Positions 46,407 through 54,384 of a stretch of 64,000 bases of DNA are shown piece after piece. The translations under genes were made by a program, and so were the position numbers. Origin of the DNA: Candidatus Fraserbacteria bacterium (lineage in GTDB: Bacteria > Bipolaricaulota > Bipolaricaulia > RBG-16-55-9 > DRXL01); the NCBI GenBank assembly GCA_947085185.1, contig CAMTVK010000019.1, positions 13,892-77,891 on the forward strand, in the 5' to 3' direction. The notes under the pieces were generated by a model. The model did not search any database and was not told the origin of the DNA. It saw only the letters and a program-made list of their open reading frames with translations. Position 1 is the first letter of the stretch. Each line of letters opens with the position of its first letter.

Positions 46407-47993
46407 ATGTACCCTTCACGCCGGAGCCCGCTGATCGCTCAACGAGGCGTCGTAGCCACGAGCCATCCTTTGGCTGTCCAAGCCGGGATTGAGATGCTCC
46501 GCCGCGGCGGCACCGCCGTGGACGCCGCGATCGCTACAGCGATCACGCTCACGGTCGTCGAGCCGACTTCCAATGGGATCGGCAGCGACGCGTTTGCCAT
46601 CGTGTGGGATGGGCAGAGACTGCATGGACTGAACGGTTCCGGGCGCGCCCCTCGCGCGCTCACGCTCCAAGCCGTCAGAGCGCTCGGCCACGAGACGATG
46701 CCTACACGCGGATGGCTCCCCGTCACCGTGCCGGGCGCCCCGGCAGCCTGGCGCGATCTCCACCGACGCTTTGGGAGATTGCGCTTTACAGAGCTTTTTG
46801 AGCCCGCGATCTTCTATGCCGAGCACGGCTCTCCCGTCTCGCCCATCGTGGCTCAGTATTGGGAGCATGCCGTTCGAGCCTATGCCGAGCTGAAAGGCCC
46901 AGAGTTTGTCGCCTGGCATCAGACGTTTGCGCCGGGAGGGCACGCCCCTGGCGCCGGGGAGATCTTTGCCCTTCCCGATCACGCCCACACGCTCCGTGCC
47001 CTTGCCCAGTCCTATTGCGAGGCGTTCTATCACGGCGAGTTGGCGCAAAAGCTCGTGCGCTTTGCCCACCAGACCGGCGGGTTCCTCTCAGAAAGAGATC
47101 TCCAAGAGCACACAAGCACGTGGGTCGAGCCGATCAAGACTGCGTATCGAGATTATGAAGTCTGGGAGATCCCCCCGAATACTCAGGGGATCATCACCCT
47201 GATCGGGCTCAATATCTTAGAGGGCTTCGAGCTCGCCCGATATCCCCGCGACACGGCCGAGTCCTTTCATCTCCAGATCGAAGCGTTAAAGCTTGCGTTT
47301 GCCGACGGGCTGCGATATATCGCTGACCCGCAGTTTGCTGCCGTACCCACAGAAAAATTATTGAGCAAAGCATACGCCGCCCAGCGCCGCGCGTTGATCT
47401 CAGACAAAGCTCTCATCCCCCAGCCGGGAGATAGATACTCTGGCGGGACCGTCTATCTCTGCACCGCTGATAGCAGCGGCATGATGGTCAGCTTCATCCA
47501 GTCCAATTATATGGGCTTTGGCTCTGGGATCGTCGTCCCCGGGACGGGGATCGCCTTGCAGAATCGCGGGGCATGCTTCTCGCTGGACCCCAAACACCCA
47601 AACTCTCTGGAGCCGGGCAAGCGCCCCTATCACACGATCATCCCCGGATTCCTTACCAAAGACGGTCAAGCTCTCGGGCCGTTTGGGGTCATGGGCGGAT
47701 TCATGCAGCCCCAAGGACATATTCAGATGATCGTCAACACGGTAGACTATCGCATGGACCCCCAGGTGAGCTTAGACGCCCCGCGCTGGCAGTGGATCCA
47801 ATCCCAAGAAGTCGAGATCGAGTCCGACGCCGACCCCAAGATCATTGAGGGCTTACGCGCCCGGGGGCATGACGTCAGAGTCCGCGAGCCAGGCGGACAC
47901 TTCGGGCGCGGGCAAATTCTCTGGCGTTTGCCGTCAGGAGCGTACATCGCCGGCAGCGACAAGCGTGCCGATGGCTACGCCGCGGGGATCTGA
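46407..47993 (+). CDS. ggt: gamma-glutamyltransferase
   Basis: HPLAVQAGIEMLRRGGTAVDAAIA...GGTVYLCTADSSG (autoprocessing Thr), GGFMQPQGH. Confidence 0.85.
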   Translation: MYPSRRSPLIAQRGVVATSHPLAVQAGIEMLRRGGTAVDAAIATAITLTVVEPTSNGIGSDAFAIVWDGQRLHGLNGSGRAPRALTLQAVRALGHETMPTRGWLPVTVPGAPAAWRDLHRRFGRLRFTELFEPAIFYAEHGSPVSPIVAQYWEHAVRAYAELKGPEFVAWHQTFAPGGHAPGAGEIFALPDHAHTLRALAQSYCEAFYHGELAQKLVRFAHQTGGFLSERDLQEHTSTWVEPIKTAYRDYEVWEIPPNTQGIITLIGLNILEGFELARYPRDTAESFHLQIEALKLAFADGLRYIADPQFAAVPTEKLLSKAYAAQRRALISDKALIPQPGDRYSGGTVYLCTADSSGMMVSFIQSNYMGFGSGIVVPGTGIALQNRGACFSLDPKHPNSLEPGKRPYHTIIPGFLTKDGQALGPFGVMGGFMQPQGHIQMIVNTVDYRMDPQVSLDAPRWQWIQSQEVEIESDADPKIIEGLRARGHDVRVREPGGHFGRGQILWRLPSGAYIAGSDKRADGYAAGI

Positions 47994-48024
47994 TTTGACA
48001 GCGCTCTCAATCTTTGATAATATA

Positions 48025-48044
48025 CAGACCGACCAGTCGGTCTG
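48025..48044 (+). promoter_or_regulatory. perfect 9-3-9 palindrome, probable TetR operator over its own promoter
   Basis: cagaccgac-cag-tcggtctg lies immediately upstream of ATG 48047 and downstream of TTGATAAT. Confidence 0.5.
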
Positions 48045-48046
48045 CT

Positions 48047-48640
48047 ATGAGAGATAAAGAAGCCACACGCGAGCGCATCTTACAAGCGGCCGAGCAGCTC
48101 TTTGCTGAGAAGGGCTTTCATGAGACGGCCATGGACGAGATCGTCCAGGTCTCACAAGTCTCCAAGGGCGGCCTGTATTTTCACTTCTCTAGCAAAGAGG
48201 CGCTCTACTTTGCTCTGCTCGATCGGCTCGCTGAGAGCTTACAACGCGACGTCTCTCAAGAGATTGTGCGCCGGCGCGGCGCGGTCGAGAAAGTCCAAGG
48301 AGCTTTAGAAGTCGTCCTCAAACACCTCGCGAGCAAGCGCCGCTTAGCACAGATTCTCTTACGGCACGGCTATGGGCTGGGGCCAAGCTTCGAGCGCAAG
48401 CGCTTAGAGATTTATGGTCGGTTCGCTCGGCTCATCAGCGAGCACTTGGACCGAGCTGTAGCTGCTGGCTCGATTCCCCCTATCGATACGGAGATCACGG
48501 CGTATGCCTGGCTGGGCGCGATCAACGAGCTCATAGTGCGCTGGGTCTATACGGGGGAGCCGGACCCTCTGGAGCAATCGCTGCCGGTGCTGACAACGCT
48601 CTTTTTGCGCAGCATCGGTACGAGACAGAATTCACTATAA
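48047..48640 (+). CDS. TetR-family transcriptional regulator
   Basis: RERILQAAEQLFAEKGFHETAMDEIVQVSQVSKGGLYFHFSSKEAL. Confidence 0.8.
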   Translation: MRDKEATRERILQAAEQLFAEKGFHETAMDEIVQVSQVSKGGLYFHFSSKEALYFALLDRLAESLQRDVSQEIVRRRGAVEKVQGALEVVLKHLASKRRLAQILLRHGYGLGPSFERKRLEIYGRFARLISEHLDRAVAAGSIPPIDTEITAYAWLGAINELIVRWVYTGEPDPLEQSLPVLTTLFLRSIGTRQNSL

Positions 48641-48657
48641 CTTAAAGGAGGCCATCT

Positions 48658-49914
48658 ATGCTCTCACGGCGGGATTTTCTGCGAGCGAGCGTTGGGGCGA
48701 CTGTAGCAGTCTGGATGTGGGGTGGCTCGGGTGAATCTCAAGCGCAGCCTATTCGAATCGGGCATCAGCTAGACCGAACCGGCGCGGTGGCGCTCTTTGG
48801 CCGCTGGCACAATCGCGCTCTTGACGCTGCTATCAGATTAGTCAACAAGCAGCACGGCATCAACGGCCGCCCTGTCGAACTGGTGAACTCCGAGGACTCC
48901 CAAACCAAGCCCGACGTCGGCAAAGACGAGTTCGAAAAGTTGGTCACGCAAAAGAGAGCGGACTTTGTCATCGGCTCGGTCTTCTCCGGGACGAATATCG
49001 CGACGGCTCCGTTAGCAAAAACGCTGAAGACCGTCTACTTTCCCCAGGGGATCGCGACCGACATCACGGAACGATTTGGGAATCGCTATACTTTCAAGAG
49101 CTATCACACCGTGCGAGCGGCCATCGAAGCTGCGCACGAGTGGGTCTTTGCCAATCTGGGCAAGCGCTTTACGATCGTGCACTCCGTGATAGACTTGGGG
49201 CGCTCCCAAGCTGAAGACTGGACGGAGAAGATCAAGGCAGCCGGCGGCACAGTCGAGCGGATTCCCGTTCCCTTCCCCGCCCCAACGGATCTCTTCTCCA
49301 TTATTCAGAAGATAGATCTCTCCAAGACCGATGTGCTCTATCATGCGTTCACGGCGGTCGAGACCGCACGCTTCCTGCAAGCCGCGCTCGATCAGAACCT
49401 CCAAGCCACAGTCAAAATCTTGGGATTGATCGAGGGCATAGATATTCTGAGCACGGCCGATCCGTCTCTAGAAGGGACGTACTTTATCTCCGGGTATCCT
49501 CGACGTGCCGATCAGGTCCCGGAAGAGCTGCGCGACTTCGATCGAGAGTATCGTCGTCATGTGGGGATCACTCTTGATGGGTTTTCTGTAGAAAATCCCC
49601 GTGAGGTCGTCCCGATCGCCGATCTCTTTGGGTCGTGGCAGGCGGTCTTCTTGATCAAGCAAGCCGCCGAGCTCGTGAACTGGCGCAGTAAATCAGATAC
49701 TCCCGCGCTCATCAGGGCGCTCGAAGGGCTGACCATGCCGGCAAGCGTGAACTTCCCCCAAGGGGCTCAGTTTCTGAGAGCCCAAGATCACTTGGTCTTC
49801 CACGATCACTATATAGAGAAAGTCGAGGGTGGGCAGCTTACAGTCTTGGCGCGCCTCCCCAAAGAAAAGTCGCTCTACAAGACGAACGCCGATTACACCA
49901 AAGAAGAGTTCTGA
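48658..49914 (+). CDS. ABC transporter substrate-binding protein (branched-chain amino acid type), Tat signal
   Basis: MLSRRDFLRASVGATVAVWMW twin-arginine signal. LivK-like periplasmic binding fold. Confidence 0.75.
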   Translation: MLSRRDFLRASVGATVAVWMWGGSGESQAQPIRIGHQLDRTGAVALFGRWHNRALDAAIRLVNKQHGINGRPVELVNSEDSQTKPDVGKDEFEKLVTQKRADFVIGSVFSGTNIATAPLAKTLKTVYFPQGIATDITERFGNRYTFKSYHTVRAAIEAAHEWVFANLGKRFTIVHSVIDLGRSQAEDWTEKIKAAGGTVERIPVPFPAPTDLFSIIQKIDLSKTDVLYHAFTAVETARFLQAALDQNLQATVKILGLIEGIDILSTADPSLEGTYFISGYPRRADQVPEELRDFDREYRRHVGITLDGFSVENPREVVPIADLFGSWQAVFLIKQAAELVNWRSKSDTPALIRALEGLTMPASVNFPQGAQFLRAQDHLVFHDHYIEKVEGGQLTVLARLPKEKSLYKTNADYTKEEF

Positions 49915-49921
49915 TTTGCTC

Positions 49922-50764
49922 TTGCTTGCGCTTCTTAATGGGCTGGTGTGGGGGTGTCTGTGGGCGCTGCTGGCGCTCGGGCTGGCGCTCATCTATGGGA
50001 CGCTTGGGATACTCAATCTCTCTCACGGCGCGTTCTACATGGTGGGGGCGTTGCTGGGCTGGCTGCTGACTCCGGCCCTCGGTTTCTGGGGAGCTCTGGT
50101 GGTGGCCCCTGGGCTTGTGGGTCTTGCGGGATTGGCGCTGGCGCGCCTGACTAGGCTCGAGCGCAACACGACGGCAGCTCTTTTGATGACGTTTGCGCTC
50201 ATGCTCATCATCCAACAGATCGCAGCGATTGCACTTCAAGCAGCGACGGGCGAGCTGCGCCATCCCATCGCATCTCCCGTGCGCTGGCCTATTCCCGTGG
50301 GCGATCGTTTTTATGACGGCTATCGTCTCATAGCAGCAGCAATAGCGAGCGCTGTGCTGATGGGACTGGGGGTATTGTGGGGTTTGACGCGTTGGGGGTG
50401 TTGCGTGCGCGCGGTGCGCGACAATCGTGATTTAGCATCTATTGTGGGTGTTCCTGTCCTGTGGGTGCAATGGGGGACTTTCGGGCTGGGGGCAGCGCTC
50501 GCCGCGCTCGCCGGCGCTCTTGTGGGCCCTATAGCAAGAGAAGTCTCCCCCACCATGGGCGTTGAAGTCTTATTAGTGAGCGTATTGATCGCGGTAGCGG
50601 GCGGGATGGGGAGCTTTGGCGGAGCGTTGGCCGTCGCGTTTGTGTACAGTTTTTTGGAGAATCTTCTCACGGTGCTGGCCGATCCCATGCTCGCTCGCGC
50701 TAGCGCCCTGTTTGCTATTGGGCTGATCGCGCTCGTCCGCTCCCAAGGAGAGCTCTTCTCATGA
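49922..50764 (+). CDS. branched-chain amino acid ABC permease (LivH-like)
   Basis: Probable TTG start. Hydrophobic, eight transmembrane segments. Confidence 0.7.
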   Translation: MLALLNGLVWGCLWALLALGLALIYGTLGILNLSHGAFYMVGALLGWLLTPALGFWGALVVAPGLVGLAGLALARLTRLERNTTAALLMTFALMLIIQQIAAIALQAATGELRHPIASPVRWPIPVGDRFYDGYRLIAAAIASAVLMGLGVLWGLTRWGCCVRAVRDNRDLASIVGVPVLWVQWGTFGLGAALAALAGALVGPIAREVSPTMGVEVLLVSVLIAVAGGMGSFGGALAVAFVYSFLENLLTVLADPMLARASALFAIGLIALVRSQGELFS

Positions 50765-51666
50765 GGCGCTGGGCAGTATTAGTCGGTCTTGCGGGTGCGA
50801 TACTGCTGCCGTGGTTGTGGGAGGGTGCTGCCCTATGGGTGATCAATCTCTTCATCTGGAGTTTAGTTGCGCTCTCGCTCAACGTGCTGTACGGCTACAC
50901 GGGATTGCTCAGCTTTGGGCAAGGGGTCTATATGGCGCTTGGCGCTTACGGAGCTGCGTGGGCGATCATCTACGCTCAGGCGAACTTCTGGGGGGCGCTC
51001 TTGTCAGGGCTGCTCTGTGCTCTTGTGGGAGCTCTCATAGTGGGCTGGGGGAGCGTGCGGGCGTCCGGGTATAGTTTTGTCGTGGTCACGCTGGTCACGG
51101 CGTTCATCTGTTATCTTGTCGCTCTGAGCGCGGACAGCATCACCGGGGGAGAGGACGGCATGTCCTTCCGCGCTCCGGCGCTGACGCTGTTTGGGCTGGC
51201 GCTCCCTGGGCACAGCGTAGGGGTGCGCTATTATCTGGCGCTGGGGGCGTTGCTTGTGGGTGTAGGCGTTGTGTATTTAGTGAGTCGGAGCTTGGTGGGG
51301 CTAGCGCTTCGAGCGGTGCGCGACGACGCAATCGCTGCGGCTTCACTGGGCTATGATATCTTCAAGGTCAAAGTATTTTCGTTTGTGCTTGCGGGGGGTC
51401 TGGCGGGGGTCGCAGGGGCGGTATGGGCGCTGTCGAAGGAGTTTGTGCGGGCCGGGCTGTTTCAGCCGTTTGGGGCATTTATGGCCGCTCAGCCCGATCC
51501 GGACCCTCTGATCGCGGTGCTTGTTGGGGGAGCAGGGACGCTGCTTGGGCCGCTGTGGGGCACGGGAATTCTGTTAGTGCTGCGCGAGCTCTTTGGGAGC
51601 TTTTGGCCTCAAGGGTATGTGTTGGCCTTGGGGGTAGCGATCATAGTGCTTAGGCCACGGTATTAA
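50761..51666 (+). CDS. branched-chain amino acid ABC permease (LivM-like)
   Basis: Overlaps the upstream stop. Polytopic. No ATPase genes follow. Confidence 0.7.
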   Translation: MRRWAVLVGLAGAILLPWLWEGAALWVINLFIWSLVALSLNVLYGYTGLLSFGQGVYMALGAYGAAWAIIYAQANFWGALLSGLLCALVGALIVGWGSVRASGYSFVVVTLVTAFICYLVALSADSITGGEDGMSFRAPALTLFGLALPGHSVGVRYYLALGALLVGVGVVYLVSRSLVGLALRAVRDDAIAAASLGYDIFKVKVFSFVLAGGLAGVAGAVWALSKEFVRAGLFQPFGAFMAAQPDPDPLIAVLVGGAGTLLGPLWGTGILLVLRELFGSFWPQGYVLALGVAIIVLRPRY

Positions 51667-52112
51667 GCCCTTCTTAGGGTGCGGCGCAGCTCGCGCTCTT
51701 CTTCTCTCTTTTTGATCTTTTCGCGCTTGTCGTACTTGGCCAAGCCCTTGGCCAGAGCCAGCTCGACTTTTGCCCAACTGTTCTTAAAGTAAATCCTGAG
51801 GGGGATGAGCGTATAGCCCTTCTCTTTGACTTTGCTCTGCAAGCGATAGACCTCTTGTTTTTTGAGTAAAAGCTTGCGCTTGCGCAGGGGGTCGGGGTTA
51901 TAGCGATTGCCCTCTTGATAAGGGGCGATATAGACGTTCATCAAAAAAACTTCGCCGTTGCGGATGAAAGCGAAGCCGTCTTGCAAGCTGACGCTGCCTC
52001 GACGGAGAGACTTCACTTCGGTGCCCTTGAGCTCGATGCCGGCCTCGATGGTCTCTTCGATGCGATATTCGTGTCGGGCCTTACGGTTGGTAGCGACAGC
52101 TCTTTCGCTCAT
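51663..52112 (-). CDS. smpB: SsrA-binding protein
   Basis: MSERAVATNRKARHEYRIEETIEAGIELKGTEVKSLR. Confidence 0.9.
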   Translation of the reverse strand: MSERAVATNRKARHEYRIEETIEAGIELKGTEVKSLRRGSVSLQDGFAFIRNGEVFLMNVYIAPYQEGNRYNPDPLRKRKLLLKKQEVYRLQSKVKEKGYTLIPLRIYFKNSWAKVELALAKGLAKYDKREKIKKREEERELRRTLRRA

Positions 52113-52115
52113 ACG

Positions 52116-52189
52116 TGGCGGGGGAGGGACTCGAACCCTCTACCTGCCGCTTATGAGACGGCCGCTCTAGCCAGATGAGCTACCCCGCC
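52116..52189 (-). tRNA. tRNA-Met (CAU), elongator type (or Ile2-lysidine)
   Basis: Acceptor GGCGGGG/CCCCGCC, D-stem GCTC/GAGC with a pyrimidine at position 11, anticodon loop CTCATAA, T-arm GAGGG-TTCGAGT-CCCTC. It ends 4 nt from the smpB start. Confidence 0.7.
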
Positions 52190-52281
52190 ACTTTGTGGGC
52201 CTCTTAGTGTAGCACAAAGAGGGCCAGCTTGGCAACCTCTCTCGGTTTAGAAAAAAAGAGGGCGCTTTGTGCGCCCTCTGC

Positions 52282-52357
52282 TGGTTGCGGGGGCTGGATT
52301 CGAACCAGCAACCTCCGGGTTATGAGCCCGACGAGCTTCCTGTTGCTCCACCCCGCA
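52282..52357 (-). tRNA. tRNA-fMet-like (CAU) initiator type, CCA encoded
   Basis: Anticodon stem carries three G:C pairs (TCGGG/CCCGG), position 11 is A pairing with U24, anticodon CAT. Position 1:72 is an unusual U:A. TATAAT on the minus strand (plus 52361-52366) lies just upstream. Confidence 0.65.
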
Positions 52358-52512
52358 GGCTTATTATACCACGGTGCTGCTCCACATGCAAGCCACAAGA
52401 TCGCTCCCAAAGTCGCCAACTCCCCTCCCTCATGAGACAGAGCGCCCTTCCCTTCCCTCGTAACGTGCATTACTATAACATAAGCAGACTCTCCCAAAGA
52501 AGGTGATACGGC

Positions 52513-53058
52513 GTGCGTGCGCGACTTATAGGAATCTCTCTAGTGCTCGGATTGATCGTGCTCTTCTGGTACGTTGGACTCTACCGCCGCCCCAATCAGC
52601 TCCCCTCAGTCCAGACTCCATCCCCTTCTTTCAACGCCAGCCAGCCTCACATAGTAGCTCTTGCTGCTCCAGCAAGCCCGCCATGCCCCCACGATACGAC
52701 CGACAACGGCATGCTGCGCGTGCGCGTGCGCGCCGTCAGCACCACCCAACAGATCGGCTTCTGGAGGCTCGATCCAGATCGTCGCTTTGTGATTATCGAG
52801 GTCTTCTTAGAAGCGATCACGGATTTTCAGCTGGCCAGCTCAGCCGTGCTCTGGCTGGAAGAGCCCGACGGCACGGAGCGCACTCGCAGCGTCGCTACCG
52901 GGGCGCTGGCTCGCCCGTTGCTGTCGCTCAGCCCCGCACGGGGCGAAGGCGTCGGCGGCCAGGTCGCTTTTGAGATCAGCGCCCAGACCCGTGAGGTCAA
53001 ACTCCACTATGACCCGTTCTTAGCGCGTCGACTCACTCTGTGCGTGAGCGTCCCGTAA
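52513..53058 (+). CDS. secreted/membrane-anchored hypothetical protein (DUF4352-like)
   Basis: N-terminal transmembrane segment followed by a beta-rich domain. No catalytic motif. Confidence 0.4.
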   Translation: MRARLIGISLVLGLIVLFWYVGLYRRPNQLPSVQTPSPSFNASQPHIVALAAPASPPCPHDTTDNGMLRVRVRAVSTTQQIGFWRLDPDRRFVIIEVFLEAITDFQLASSAVLWLEEPDGTERTRSVATGALARPLLSLSPARGEGVGGQVAFEISAQTREVKLHYDPFLARRLTLCVSVP

Positions 53059-53115
53059 GTGTATAACCCCAGGCTACGCCGTCCCCGACGAGTGCGCCCA
53101 CAGATCCCCCAAAGA

Positions 53116-54252
53116 CTAACTCACTGTCGCAAAGACTTCGAGCGCCGCGCGCACCCCAGCCCCAAGCTCGAACTTGTGCCCAAGCTTGCGCAACACGAGC
53201 TCTAATGCAGCGATCGTCCCCAGCACGTCCTTGGCACCAATATCCCCGATGTGCCCAATCCTGAAGATCTTGCCCTTGAGATGATCTTGCCCACCGGAGA
53301 TCTTTATCCCAAAATCTGTGCGCAACGTCTCTAAAATCTCTTTACTGCTCAGGCCCTGGGGAACAGAGACAGCCGTGCAGACCGGCCCCGGCCGCTCACT
53401 GAACAACTCAAGATTCATAGCCAAGACCGCCGCTCGCGTCGCGCGTGCGTACAGCTCCGTGCGCGCCTGCAAGCGCTCCACCCCCTCTTCTAAGATCATA
53501 GTGAGCGCTTCGTCAAGAGCCATGATCAGAGAGATCGCGGGAGTGAAGGGCGTGAAATAGAGATTCTTCTTGGCCGTCTTGAAATCCCAATAGTACTTGG
53601 GCAGATCGGATCTGTCAACGCGCCCCCAGGCTCGCGCGCTCACGCTCACGAACGCCACCCCCGGCGGGACCATCAACGCCTTCTGTGACCCCGCAACGAC
53701 ACAGTCTACCCCCCACCGATCGGGCTCCAACGGCACCACCCCCAAGCCGCTGATCGCGTCTACTACAAGGAGCACGTCGCGCTCATTCGTGATTTGCGCG
53801 ATCTTCTCGATATCGTAGACCGTCCCTGTGGAAGTCTCCGACAGCTGGGTGAAGACCGCGCGGACTTTGGGATGGGCGTCAAGGGCTTCTTCTATCTGCT
53901 CGGGGTGCACAGCCCTCCCCCACTCAATCTGAACTGTATGGTGCTTCACCCCAAAAGCTTGGCAGAGCTCGCGCCAGCGCTGCCCAAACTTGCCGCCCTC
54001 CACCACGAGGACCTCATCGTTGGTGCTTACGAGATTGGTGATACACGCCTCCATCGCCCCGGTGCCCGAGGACGTAAAGTACAAGATTGTATTTTGGGTG
54101 CGGAAGACTTGCTTGAGCTTGGCATCGACTCTCTGCAAGAGCTCGGCGAACTCCTCCCCGCGATGATAGATGATCTCTTGGCTTTCGGCAAGAGCCACAC
54201 GGCGCGGGACGGTGACCGGGCCTGGGACCAGCAAAAAGTCGCGTTTGGGCAT
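53116..54252 (-). CDS. class V aminotransferase (alanine--glyoxylate/serine--pyruvate type)
   Basis: MPKRDFLLVPGPVTVP...SSGTGAMEA...VVAGSQKAL (PLP lysine context). Confidence 0.8.
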   Translation of the reverse strand: MPKRDFLLVPGPVTVPRRVALAESQEIIYHRGEEFAELLQRVDAKLKQVFRTQNTILYFTSSGTGAMEACITNLVSTNDEVLVVEGGKFGQRWRELCQAFGVKHHTVQIEWGRAVHPEQIEEALDAHPKVRAVFTQLSETSTGTVYDIEKIAQITNERDVLLVVDAISGLGVVPLEPDRWGVDCVVAGSQKALMVPPGVAFVSVSARAWGRVDRSDLPKYYWDFKTAKKNLYFTPFTPAISLIMALDEALTMILEEGVERLQARTELYARATRAAVLAMNLELFSERPGPVCTAVSVPQGLSSKEILETLRTDFGIKISGGQDHLKGKIFRIGHIGDIGAKDVLGTIAALELVLRKLGHKFELGAGVRAALEVFATVS

Positions 54253-54339
54253 AGGGCCTCCTTCTGCATCCTCATCCCGACACAAAGAAGGGAGAGGATA
54301 CGGGGGTTAGGTCTCAGTCTACACCATCGCATGGGAAAC

Positions 54340-54369
54340 TTGCAACCGAGAACTTCACACTGTTATAAT
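54340..54369 (+). promoter_or_regulatory. sigma70-type promoter for the S8 protease operon
   Basis: TTGCAA at 54340-54345, then TATAAT at 54364-54369 (18-nt spacer). Confidence 0.45.
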
Positions 54370-54384
54370 CGAGCACGTTGAACT

